This document shows, one piece after another, positions 1 through 12,136 of a stretch of 64,000 nt of DNA. A program made the translations under genes and the position numbers. The stretch covers positions 95,110,001 through 95,174,000 of the forward strand of contig NC_086108.1 in the NCBI RefSeq assembly GCF_963921235.1, read 5' to 3'. Source of the stretch: Mobula hypostoma (taxonomy: Eukaryota). The notes beneath the pieces are model-generated. The model was not told the origin of the DNA and made no database searches. It saw nothing but the letters and a program-made list of their open reading frames with translations. Positions within the stretch are counted from its first letter, which is position 1. Each line of letters opens with the position of its first letter.

Positions 1-380
1 AGTCTGAATTTTTTGTTAACATTGAAGTTCAGCATGTCACAAACACCATTCTTTTGTGTTTTAAGCACTTCATGGCTGGCAATCAGGTATCGGGAGGGGG
101 AGGGAAATTTGGCTGTTCCCCAGTGGTTCTAAGTGTCACTTGTTCTAGTCATGACAACTTGTGTGACATAATACATTTAAATGGCCTTAGTTCAGATAAT
201 GTCCATTGATGAATGGGGTAAAACACTGAAGTGTTTTGGCTAATTGGGCATTTTTCCAGTTAGGGTTAAAAGTCCTTCCCTCTGATCGTGTATGAAGGTA
301 CAGGATATTACATCCATGTTTATAGGGAAAGCTCAAATTAAGAATTCAGAAAGCTGACGAGCATTACGTGATCAGATAAA

Positions 381-680
381 AAAGATATAAAGATAAAGAT
401 TAGCTCTATTTGTCACATACTTCAAAGCATACTGTGCAATGAAATAGTTTGTTTGTGTCAATGACTAACACAGTCCAAGGAGCTGCTGGAGGCAGCCCCC
501 AAGTGTCTACATGTTTCTGGTGCCAAGACAGCATGACTTACTAACCCTAACCTGCACGTCTTTGGAATGTGGGGGAAAACCCACATGATCACGGGGAGAA
601 GGTACATATTCCTTACGGATAGTGCCAGGAATTGAACCTAGGTCACTGGAACTGTAAGCCATTTTGCTAACTGCTACGTT
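381..680 (-). mobile_element. tRNA-derived V-SINE/HE1-like SINE
   Basis: The minus strand has a tRNA-like head with B-box ggttcaattcc, a V-domain-like ttctccccgtgatcatgtgggttttccc and a simple-repeat (tctt/atct) tail. Confidence 0.65.
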
Positions 681-1234
681 GTCCCTCTTAAGCTATTCAG
701 AGTTAAAAAGTAGAGGGTGTAGCAAGTTGAAATCAGAGAACTTTGAGGCCCGTTACACTGTCCACCTTGTTTTTTTCAAGATTTATTTCTAAAACCTGCA
801 CCATGTTCTCCCTCACTATTAGAAACCTGTAGTTACAGGGTGCTGCTGGCAGCCCACTATGCCTCATGTAGAAAGAAGGCCCTGGTGCAACAGATCATAT
901 AAAATCATGAAAAGTTAGTAAAGCTACTGGGATTACAAATGACTGGGAATATTGGAAATAGGAATGTGAGACAGAGGGTGGGTGTACCACAATCTGCCCA
1001 AAATGTATCCCTGTGGATCTCATCGTCACATGGCAACTGTTCTAGTAACAATGACAATGCATGCAGGATGAACTCAGCCAATTCTCTGTCTATGGAGGCA
1101 CACCTCACTTAACATCAGCAAGACTAAGGGGTTGATTATTAACTTCAGGAGGAGGTAACCAGAGGTCCATGAGCTAGTTCTTACCGAGGGGTGGGGGCAG
1201 AGATGAAAAGTGTCAGCAACTTTAAATTCCTTGG

Positions 1235-1436
1235 AACACACATCAAAGTTGCTGGTGAACGCAGCAGGCCAGGCAGCATCTCTAGGAAGAGGTACAGTCG
1301 ATGTTTCAGGCTGAGACCCTTCGTCAGGACTAACTGAAGGAAGAGTTAGTAAGAGATTTGAGAGGGGGAGGGGGAGATCCAAAATGATAGGAGAAGACAG
1401 GAGGGGGAGGGATGGAGCCAAGAGCTGGACAGGTGA
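1235..1436 (-). mobile_element. Penelope-like element 3' fragment with hammerhead motif
   Basis: Near-identical to 61141-61343. Flanked by the 13-bp TSD ttaaattccttgg (1222-1234, 1437-1449). Confidence 0.85.
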
Positions 1437-1504
1437 TTAAATTCCTTGGTGTTATTTTAGAAGACCTATATGGGCCTACCAGATAAATGCAATTACAAAG
1501 AAAG

Positions 1505-2112
1505 CATGGCAGTGGCTCTATTTCCTTGGAAGTTTACGAAGATTTGGCATGACATCTAAAACTCTGACAAACACCAGTGCCCTTGAACAGAAAAACCAGC
1601 AAAAAGTAGTGTATATGGCCCAGTCCATCAAAGGTAAAGCCCTCCCATGCACATCAGCGTAGAGCTCTGTCACAGAAAAGCAGCATCCATCATTGAGGAC
1701 CCTCACCATTGAGGCTATACTTCTCACTGCTGCCATCAGGAAGGAGGTACAGGAGCCTAAGGACCCATACCACTAGGTTCGGGAGCAGTTATTACACCTC
1801 AACCATCAGGTTCTGGAACCAGAGGAGTTAACCTCACTTGTCCCATCACTGAACTATTCCCACAACGTTTGAACTCACTTTCAAAGTCTCTTCATCTCAT
1901 GTTTTCGAGAGTTATTTATTTTTTTGTATTTGCACGGTTTGTTATCTTTTACACATTGGTTGTTTGTCTCTCCTGTTGGGTGTGGTCTTTCATTGATTCT
2001 ATTGCGATTCTTGGACTTTCTGTGTATGCCTGCACGAAAATAAATCTCAGGGTTTATTTGGTGATATGTGATATGGTGACATGTATGTAATTTGATAATA
2101 AATTCACTTTGA
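1505..2112 (+). mobile_element. Degraded Rex1/Babar-type LINE 3' fragment (similar piece at ~3590-4082)
   Basis: Similar to the RT C-terminus/3' UTR of the other Rex1 copies. Ends with aataaa and a ttgaac tail. Confidence 0.65.
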
Positions 2113-2330
2113 ACAAGAAATTCTGGAGATGCTGGAAATCTTGAGCAATGCAGACAAAATTCTTTGAGGAATTCAGCAGGTCAGGCAGCATCTATGAAAG
2201 GAAATGAACAGTTAGTGTTTTGGGCCAAGACCCTTCACTAGCAATGTGCTAAAACGTCAGCTGCTCATTTCCTTCCATACACGATGCCTGACCTGCTGAG
2301 CTCATTGAGCACTTTGTATGTGTTTCTTAA
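2112..2330. mobile_element. Miniature fold-back of two Penelope 3' tails
   Basis: Left arm tcagcaggtcaggcagcatctatgaaaggaaatg is the reverse complement of right arm catttccttccatacacgatgcctgacctgctgag. The apex lies at a decayed hammerhead core. Confidence 0.7.
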
Positions 2331-4629
2331 TTTCCTGTTTAATTTAGGATCTGTACAGGATAGCATATTGTAAAGACCTTCATCAAAACTTTACAAAGGA
2401 AGGGTATGCAGGATTGTTCAGTTCTGCTAGACTGGCAATATTTTATCAGTGCTGTGTGTCACTGTGAGCACTGTCTCCTTTGAGTTTAGATGGTTGCTGA
2501 GTTGCTGGAGGAAGTGGGGGATGGGTAAATGTTCCATGTGAATATACTGGCAGCATCAAAACTTGAATGAAGGTAAGGAAAACGAATTGGTGAAAAATCA
2601 TGCAGGGGTTAGATGTGAGGAGGTCACATCTGACAAATCTGCAGCTGCTAGAACTCATTCTTGAAAGTTTTTGCAACACCTTTCTTCCACCCACTTCAGA
2701 ACTGTTTCTCACTAACATTACCTTTGAAATATGGCTTATAGTGAAACTGTTTTTTGATTTAGTAAAATTAAAATTAACACTGATGTTAACTGTTCAGGCA
2801 GTTTTACTTTTTTGGCTTTAAACTCTTTTATCCATTGATACAAAGGCCATTTTCAAAAAAAACTTCAGTGTCATCATGAGGGAGATTTGAGAGAATCTTA
2901 GAGGATAACTCAAGATCTCCACTCTCCTCTTGGGGAAGCAGACAAGATCTTCTTGCCCTTTCCTAGTAATCCAGCTGCAATCAGAATTTTAATAATAGAA
3001 CTCTTACTGAAACATTTATATGCTTGATGAAATTTTGCAAGAAAATATTAAAAACACATTCCAATCTAAATTGCAATAGATGATTGTGGTTTCTATCATT
3101 TATTTTCACTGGAAGTTATTGTAGAACAACAGATTTTCTGGCAGGTTTGCTTTCTTTGAAATGATTGACATTTACTTAGAGCCTTTGGTGTCAGCCTTTG
3201 CTACCTTGCCGAGGTGATCAATCTTTACATGTATATTCATTTAATGTACAGTATTGGCTAGGTATTTGACTATAGAGGGGATCACTGTTACATTTAAATA
3301 TGACCTTTGTTCAAGTGGTTGTGAATGGAAGGAGGAATCACAATAAAGAGTAGTATTAAAATTTCCATGGTGGAAATACTTTATTTTGGTAAAGTTGCTA
3401 AGCGGAGCCCCTATCTGCTCATTAATGTGAACATGGTAGAAATTGAACAGGGAGCAAATTGACTCATCTGTAATCCAAGTTATATAAAACAAATTTGATC
3501 ATTATCAAAGTGATGTTTCTTGGTCATCGCTCTTTGTGAATTAGCGTCTTTCTTATTTGCAATTGTACATACACTGAAGACAGAAGGCCTACGAAAAGCT
3601 CTCCCTGCCATTGAGCGCATCATCAAGGACCCCCACCATCCAGGTCCTACTCTCTTCTCACTGGAAGGAATTCCAGGACCCTAAAGTCCCACACCATCAG
3701 GTTCACACTACCTCAACCATCAGGCTTTTGAACCAGAGTGGGTAACTTTACACATCCCAAAACTGAACTGATTTCACAACCTTTGAACTTACTTCTAAGG
3801 ATTGTACAACTCATGTTCTCAATATTTATTTATTTGTTATTTTGTTTTTCTTTTTGTATTTGCTCATTTTGTTCTTTGCACATTTGTTGTTTGTTCAAAG
3901 GTCCACTTATTATCAAGAGGTACAACTCTTGAAATTGTCCATTTGTCCATTTTTCTGTGCAGTGTTTCATTGATTCTATTGTGTTTCTTTGTACTTAGTG
4001 TGAATACTCACAAGGAAATGAATCTCAGGGTAGTATATGGTGACATATGTACTTTGATAATGAATTTTCTTTGAACTTTGAAATGTACTTGGTCAGCTGC
4101 AGTGTATTTTAGGTCACGATAATGAACAATGATACTTGAACTAAGACAAAAGGAACCTGAGGTGTTTTGGTGGACTAGATCCAGAACAGGTGATGAGAAG
4201 CAGTGGATAGTGGTGGGTAGGTTTTACTTTCTGGAAATTTAACATGTCCCATAGGGGTAGGTGCTAAGCCATTTTTTTTTCTTGTTCCTCATGTATATAA
4301 ATGACTTTGAAAATGTAGGAGGTATAACTATGTTTGCAGACAACATATAAATTGGTGTAGTTGTAGAGAGTAGTCTGAGGACATAATGAGACATGGATCA
4401 GGTGGAACGTTGGGTGGAGCATTAGCAGATGGAAATTGATCCAAACAGATGTGAACTAATGCACTTTGCAAATTCAAATTCTGGTAGGATATATAAAGTG
4501 TATGGCAGGGTTCTCAGGATTGTTGATGTCTTAAGGGATGCAAGTCTGTAGCTTGTTGAGATTGGCACACAGGTGGATAAGGTAGTGGTGGAGCAATTAA
4601 ATTAGTATGCTTGGCTTCATAGGCTAAGG

Positions 4630-5821
4630 CAGCGGTCCCCAACCACCGGGCTGCGGTCCGGTACCGGGCCGCAAAGCATGTGCTACTGAGCTGCGAGGAA
4701 ACGATGTGATTTGGCGATATGAGTCAGCTGCACCTTTCCTCATGCCCACTGTTGAATCTGAACGCACGCGAGGTCATTACGCACGGGTTATCCATGCCAG
4801 CGCGGGAAGGAGATCAACTCCTCAAGCTTGCACATGATGGCGGGCTGAAAAGTATGTTTGACATAACCTCTCTGCCGGCATTCTGGATCATCCTGAGATA
4901 GCCACGAAAGCACTGAAAACGTTGCTTCCATTTCCAAGATATCTCTGCAATGAATGCAACGAACACTAAACTGCAGAATAGACTGGACATAAGGAACCCC
5001 CTTCGAGGATCGCTGTCTCCCGTCACCCCTCGATGGCACCGTCTTGTTGCAGGGAAACAAGCCCAGGGCTCCCACTGATTCACCGATGTTGGTGTGTTGC
5101 AATGATTTTATATGTTCATACGGGGAAAATATGGCTGTATGTTTAATATCCAAAAACGTTACTTAAAATATTGTGATGTTATTGACTTATAAGTGACTTA
5201 TATAAACATAATAATTACAGCACAGAAACAGGACATCTCTGCCCTTCTAGTTCGTGCCGAACGCTACTGTCACCTAGTCCCACCGACCTGCACTCAGCCC
5301 ATAACTCTCCATTCCTCTCCTGTCCATATACCTATCCAATTTTTCTTTAATCATAATATCGAACCTGCCTCTGCCACTTCTACTGGAAGTTCGTTCAACA
5401 CTTACTTCAAGCTCCCCTGATAATTGACTTATCACTATATTCATGCGAGGAAAATATGCGCTGTGTGTTTAATATTAAATTCATTAGATAAACACTCTTA
5501 GAAACGAAATTGAGTGTATTAACCACTTATCACCTATATTCTGGTCGTGATTGACACCCCCCCCCGAACAAAATTGCCAAAAACGATTTGTAGGAAAAAA
5601 TCAGCACATACATGCATGCGCACTGTTGCCCACGCAAGGTTTCATGGTCATTGTAGTCCTTCTTGGGGTAAACACAACGTATTTGACCATCGTACTGCGT
5701 TCACCAGCAACTTTGATGTGTGTTGCTTGAATTTCCTGCATCTGCAGAATTCCTGTTGTTTGTATTTGACTGCTACTCTTGTCTGTTGGCAACCCTTTGC
5801 AAAAAAAGTTGGGGACCCCTG
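4630..5821 (+). mobile_element. Non-autonomous hAT (Charlie-like) DNA transposon
   Basis: TIRs cagcggtccccaac / gttggggacccctg, 8-bp TSD ggctaagg and a transposase C-terminal remnant (..LKSMFDITSLPAFWI..). Inserted into a decayed CR1 (~4150-6340). Confidence 0.9.
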
Positions 5822-8182
5822 GGCTAAGGTATTGCATGTAATGGTTGGGAAGTCATGTACCAATAGGAAGTTAGTCAAAGCATTAGATAGACTGCATTTG
5901 GAGTATCTTGTACTGTTCTGGTCATCACATCAGGATGGATGTAGTAGCAAGAGAGAGAGCGAGAAATTCACCAGGATGTTGCCTGGAAACGATCGCTGTA
6001 CAGTAGTGAGAAGGTAAGACCTGTGTTTATTCTCACTGGAATAGAGGAGGCTGATGTGTGACCTTAGATATTTACAAAATTATAAGGGTTATATTTTTTC
6101 CCCAGGGCAGAGGAGTCTAGATATAGGGGACTTGGGTTTAAAGGGCGGATTTTAAAATAAGACATGGGAGATAAATATTTCACTTGGTGGATGGTTAATA
6201 TTTGGGGTGAGCTGTCAGAGCAGTAGAGGCAAATGTGATATTTAAAAAGCTTTTTACAGGTACTTGGATGGGAAAGCAATGAAATGATATATACAGATGG
6301 ATTAGTCTCGGGCAGTGTGGATGAGGTGGGCTGGAAGGTTTCTATGATTCAGTGCTTCAAAGAATGCATGATTAGGCACATTCACAAAGCAATGATAAGG
6401 TTATCTCTAAGTCCAGATCGCATTACCTCTTCTTCAGGGCTCATCGGCTCAGACTTAGTGGCTGAGCTCCAATTTGGATCATTAAGATACGGGGAAAAAA
6501 ATACTACGGAAAGCTGAAATAGCCTGGACATGGAATATTATTACCAGTTCTGCAAGAGAGCCTGAGCTATATTTCAGTCTATAGTTAGTCATGCAGACTT
6601 GAAGCCAGTCCAAACTCAAGTAGTATTCCTCTCTTAACACCTCTGACAAATAACCCACCCACCACCTCTGGAGGGTACTTATTAGTCATTCAAATCTAAA
6701 CTTTGAGTGATTTTACCCATTACCAGACAGAAAACAAATATTTCTACCCCCTCCCTATCTTTACAACATGCTGGGCAGTGTAAATCACTGTTATTTTAAT
6801 GAAGAAAGCTGTATGCAGTGTTAAGCTTTCTTTTTGGGTTGTTAATTGTGACATTCAGTTAATAGAATTCTTTAAAAACATCAAGTATGAACAGGGGTGA
6901 TAGTGAGAGGATCCATGGTTATGGGAGTGGCTCTTACCATTCATTCCTCATTCCTTCAGTCAACCTATTTGTTCTGTGAATGTACTTTTAATCAGAGTTT
7001 GAATTGTATCTGAACAACAATTTATCACCTGTTGGATTTTAGTTAATTCAGCTTGACAAAGTAATGGAAATTGAAAATCAGAAGCTTCCAGATGTTAGAA
7101 AACTGGAGTAAAAACAATGCAAGAAATACTCAGCTGGTCAGGTGCACTACGGAGATGGAAACATTGATTTTTCAAAATGATAACCCTTCACAACTGGAGT
7201 ATTGTTGACAAGAAAGGTTAGCTATTTTTTCCCCTCTCCACAGAACACTGTGAGATGTGCTGAGTATTTCCACCACTTCCTGTTTTTAGTCCTGACAAAG
7301 TAACAAGTTGCTGGCATTTTGTTTTTGGTTGGCATAAAGCTAATGGGCAGTACAGGGCTGATTTGTTCCCAGCAAGTCAGGGTTATAATATTCATAATAA
7401 TTTGATCATTTCCACTCATTTATCCTTAATCTTCAGCTTAATGCAACATTTGAGATACTGTATTACTCAACTATTTTCTATTTTGGATGTCTGTTCTGTG
7501 GATTTAATAGTGTTAAAACTTAATTCCTTTTTTTTCCTTGAGGGCTTGTTTATTTTCTGTTAACATTTCCAGTTCTGTGCTCAGAATGCAAGTAACCTAC
7601 TTGTACAGATATTGCTCATTTACATTGAATATTAAGTTGTTTCTTTTTGTCCCAGCATCATAATAGAGGGTGATAATGATGTAACATCACACAGCTGCCT
7701 CAGCTCCACTGACCCAAGTTCAGCCCTCACCTTAGATTCAATAAATGAATTTTCACAAAAAAAGTTTAAAAATTCTAAAATTACACAAGATAGTGTGCTA
7801 TAAAGATTGGCAAAATTGTGGATAGTGAGGAAGGTTGTCAAGGTATAGACCAGTTGGAATTTGGGCAGAGAAATGGCAGATGGAGTTCAGTCTGCATAAA
7901 TGAGGTGTTGCATTCTGGGAGAGCAAGTTAAAAGAAACTATATAGTACACAGTGGACTGATGCAATCATTGATGTAAATAGGAATTGATGTACAAGTCCA
8001 TAGTTCCTTGAAACTGACAATACAAGTTGAAGGTGATAAAGAAGGTGTATGATATGTCAAGGTGTTGAATATAAAAAGTTGTGAAGTTTTGCTGCAGCTG
8101 TAGAAAACTTTGGTTAGGCTGCATTTGTTGTATTGTGTAAAGTTAAGGTCATTGTTAGTTAAAGGATGTGGAAGCTTTACAG

Positions 8183-10382
8183 AATCAGAATTGTTTAATA
8201 TCACCGACAAATGTTATGAAAATTGTTGTTTCGTGGCAGCAGTACACTGCAATACATAATCATTTTTATAAAGCTATAAATTACAATAAAACTTTATAAT
8301 AAAAAATTGAGTAAACATTGCAAAAAAAAAGTGAGGTATTGTTCATGGGATTGTTGTCCACTCAGAAATCTGATGGTACAGGGGAAGAAGCTGTTCGTGA
8401 AATGTCCTGAATTTGTGCCTTTAGGCTTTTGCACCTCCTTGATGATAGCAATGAGAAGAGGACATGTCTTGGATGATGGGGGTCCTTGATGATGGATGCA
8501 GCCTTCTTGAAGCATTCCCTTTTGAAGGTATTGTCTGTATTGGGGAGGCTAGTGCCCATGATGGAACTGATGGAGTTTACAAATTTTGCGGCTTTTTCTA
8601 ATCCAGTGCAGTGGCACCTCCATACTAGACAGTGGTGGAACCAGTGGGAATACTCCCCACAGTACATCTGTACACATTTGTGGAGAGTCTTTGTGTGGCA
8701 TACCAAGTCTCCTCAATGAGACTTACAGGAAGATGTTGTGGCATTGCTGCCTGCTGCACCTCCAACAGTGCTGTTAGGTTAGCTACAGCAGGGGTCCCCA
8801 ACCTTTTTCGTACTGCGGACTGGTTTCATATTGACAATATTCTCGTGGACCGGCCGACCGGGGGGGGGAGGGAGGGGTAGGGTTGCCAACGTACAAGAGT
8901 AGCAGTCAAATACGTTGGGTTTACCCCGAGAAAGACTACAATGACCATGAAGCCTTGCGCGGGCACCAGTGCGCATGCATAACTTGCGCATGCGTTTATG
9001 TGCCGATTTCTTAAAAATTGTTTCTGCCGATTCTGTTGGCGGCGGCGGGGGTGTGTTAATCACGACCGGAATATAGGTGATAAGTGGCTAATACACTCAA
9101 TTTCGTTTCTAAAAGGGTTTATCTGACGAATTTAATATTAAACACATAGCGCATATTTTCCTCTCATGGATATAGTGATAAGACAATTAGAAGGGGAGGA
9201 CAGGGGAGCTTGAAGTGTTGAACGAACTTCCAGTAGAAGTGGTAGAGGCAGGTTCGATATTATCATTTAAAGAAAAATTGGATGGGTATATGGACAGGAA
9301 AGGAATGGAGGGTTATGGGCTGAGTGCAGGTCGGTGGGACTAAGTGAGAGTAGCGTTCGGCACGGACTAGAAGGGGCGAGATCGCCTGTTTCCATGCCGT
9401 AATTGTTACATGGTTAAGTAAGTCACTTATAATAGCATCATAACATTTTAAGTAACATTTGGATATCAAACACATAGTGCATATTTTCCTCGTATGAAAA
9501 TATAAAATCATTGCAACACACCAATATCGCTGAATCAGTGGGAGCCCTGGGCTTGTTTTCCTGCAACAAGGCGGTCCTATCGAGGGGTGATGGGAGACAG
9601 CGATACTCGAAGGGGGTTCCTTATGTCCAGTCTATTCTGCAATTTAGTTTTCGTTGCATTCGTTGCAGAGATATGTTGGAAATGGAAGCAACGTTTTCAG
9701 TGCTTTCCTGACTATCTCAGGATATTTAGCCTTGACTTTGATCCGGAATGCCGGCAGAGATATTATGTCAAACATACTTTTCAGCCCGCCGTCAGTTGCA
9801 GCCTCGAGGAGTTGATCTCCTTCCCGCGCTGACATGGGTGACGCGCGGGTAATGACCTCGCGTGCGTAATGGCTCAACAATGGGCATGACAGGGAATGTG
9901 GAAAGGTGCAGCTGAATCCTATCGCCAAATCATATCGTTTCCTCGTGGCCCGGTAGCGCATGCCTTGCGGCCTGGTACCGGTCCGCGGCCTGGTGGTTGG
10001 GGACCGCTGAGCTACAGGATCATCAGCTGGGGACCACTGAGCTACAGGATCATCAGCTGGGGACCACTGCAAACTCTTCATGAAATATAGCCACTGTTGT
10101 GCCGCCTTTGTAATGACATCAATAAGTTGGACCCAAGATTGATCTTCAGAGATGTTGACACCCAGGAATTTGAAACTGCTCACCCTTTCCAGTGCTCATC
10201 CGTCAATGAGGACTGGTGTGTGTTGTGTTGACATCCTCTTCCTGAAGTTCACAGTTAATACCATGGTCTTTCTGACATTGAGTGCAGGTTTGTTGTTGTG
10301 ACATCACTCAAACAGTTGGATCTATATTGCTCATGTATGCCTCCTCGTCACCACGTGAAATTCTGGCAGCAATAGTTGTGCA
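8183..10382 (-). mobile_element. Rex1/Babar LINE fragment inserted in CR1 and interrupted by a hAT element
   Basis: Minus-strand ORF remnants (SFKFLGVNISED; KAASIIKDPHHP) and a ttctgattctg tail near 8183. CR1 remnants flank it at ~7760-8180 and ~10385-10620. Confidence 0.75.
8789..10009 (-). mobile_element. Non-autonomous hAT element, second copy of the 4630-5821 family
   Basis: TIRs caggggtccccaac / gttggggaccgctg, 8-bp TSD agctacag (8781-8788, 10010-10017) and remnant ..FRIKVKAKYPEIVRKALKTLLPFPTYLC.. Confidence 0.9.
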
Positions 10383-10664
10383 GAAAAGGTTTGCCAATTG
10401 GACAAACTTGGATTGTTTGCTCTGGAGCATTGGAGGTTGAGGGATGATCTGATAGAAGTATATAAAACAATGAGAGGCATAGCTAGAGTGGATAGTCAAT
10501 TTCATTGTGAAATGTCAACTACTAGATGTCATGGCTTTGAGGCAAGAAGAACAAAGTTTAAACAAGATTTTAACATGCAAATTTTATTATTACACATTGA
10601 TAGGTGTCTGAATCATGATGGCAAATTTTATTATTACACATTGATAGGTGCCTGAATCACGATG

Positions 10665-11912
10665 AAGACGTGTATGTTCGAATGCTGTTCATAGACTTCA
10701 GTTCAGCATTCAACACAATCTTTCCTCAGAAACTGATTGGAAAGATGAGCCTACTGGACCTGAACACCTCCCTCTGCAACTGGATCCTAGACTTCCTGAC
10801 TGGGAGACCTCAGTCAGTACGGACTGGAAGCAGCATCTCCAACACCATCACACTGAGCACAGGGGCCCCCCAGGCCTGTGTGCTCAGTCCACTGCTGTTC
10901 ACTCTGCTGACCCACGACTGTGCTGCAACACACAGCTTGAACCACATCATCAAGTTCGCAGATGACACGACCGTGGTGGGTCTCATCAGCAAGAACGATG
11001 AGTCAGCATACAGAGAGGAGGTACAGCGGCTAATGGACTGGTGCAGAGCCAACAACCTGACTCTGAATGTGAACAAAACAAAAGAGATGGTTGTTGACCT
11101 CAGGAGGACACGGAGCAACTACTCTCCACTGAACACCGACGACTCCTTCATAGAGATCGTTAAGAGCACCAAATTTCTTGGTGTTCACCTGATGGAGAAT
11201 CTCATGTGGTCCCTCAACAGCAGCTCCATAGTAGAGATGCTGCTGGGCTTTCTTTGCTTTCTGTGAAGGCTGAGAAAAGTCCATCTCCCACCCCACCATC
11301 CTCACCATATTCTACAGAGGTTGTATTGAGAGCATCCTGAGCAGCTGCATCACGGCCTGGTTCAGAAATCGCACCATCTCGGATCACAAGATCCTGCAGC
11401 GGATGGTGAGGTCAGCTGAGAAGATCATCGGGGTCTCTCTTCCCGCCATCACAGACATTTACACCACACGCTGCATCCGCAAAGCAAACAGCATTATGAA
11501 GGACCCTACGCGCCCCTCATATAAACTCTCCCTCCTGCCATCTGGAAAAAGGCACCGAAGCATTCGGGCTCTCACGACCAGCCTATGTAATAGTTTCTTC
11601 CCCCAAGTCATCAGACTCCTCAATACCCGGAGCCTGGCTTGACACCAACCTACTGCCCTCTACTGTGCCTATTGTCTTGTTTATCATTTATTATTATTTA
11701 TTGTAGTGCCTGCACTGTTTTGTGCACTTTATGCAGTGTTGGATAGGTCTGTAGTCTCGTGTAGTTTTTGTATTTGTTCTTACGTAGTTCAGTGTAGTTT
11801 TTGTATTGTTTCATGTAGCGCCATGGTCCTGGAAAACGTTGTCTCATTTTTACTATGTTCTGTACCAGCAGTTATGGTTGAAATGACAATAAAAGGTGAC
11901 TTGACTTGACTT
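10665..11912 (+). mobile_element. 5'-truncated Rex1/Babar LINE (RT domain)
   Basis: ORF 10670-11266 has [29 protein letters not shown] and KFADD. 3' end is aataaa + (gactt)n. Confidence 0.9.
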
Positions 11913-12136
11913 GGAAGCAGATGAGATACTATGTTTGAGGTATTTAACAAGCACATGAATTGGCAGGAAATAGAAGGATGCAGACCATGTGCTGGCTGAT
12001 GTGCAGTTTAATCTTGTAGAATTATAATCTCAATTGTACAGTGTTCATCAACTATGTAGCATAGTGTTTTTGAATGTATTTATTTATATTTGGAATTTGG
12101 ATCAATACAAGGTATCTGGGAATGCTAGAAATTATA

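Noticed and set aside
600..680. tRNA gene
   Set aside because: The A/B-box-like sequence is the head of a SINE; no complete cloverleaf.
9999..10069. CRISPR-like repeat array
   Set aside because: Tandem units with no unique spacers, eukaryotic context and no cas genes.
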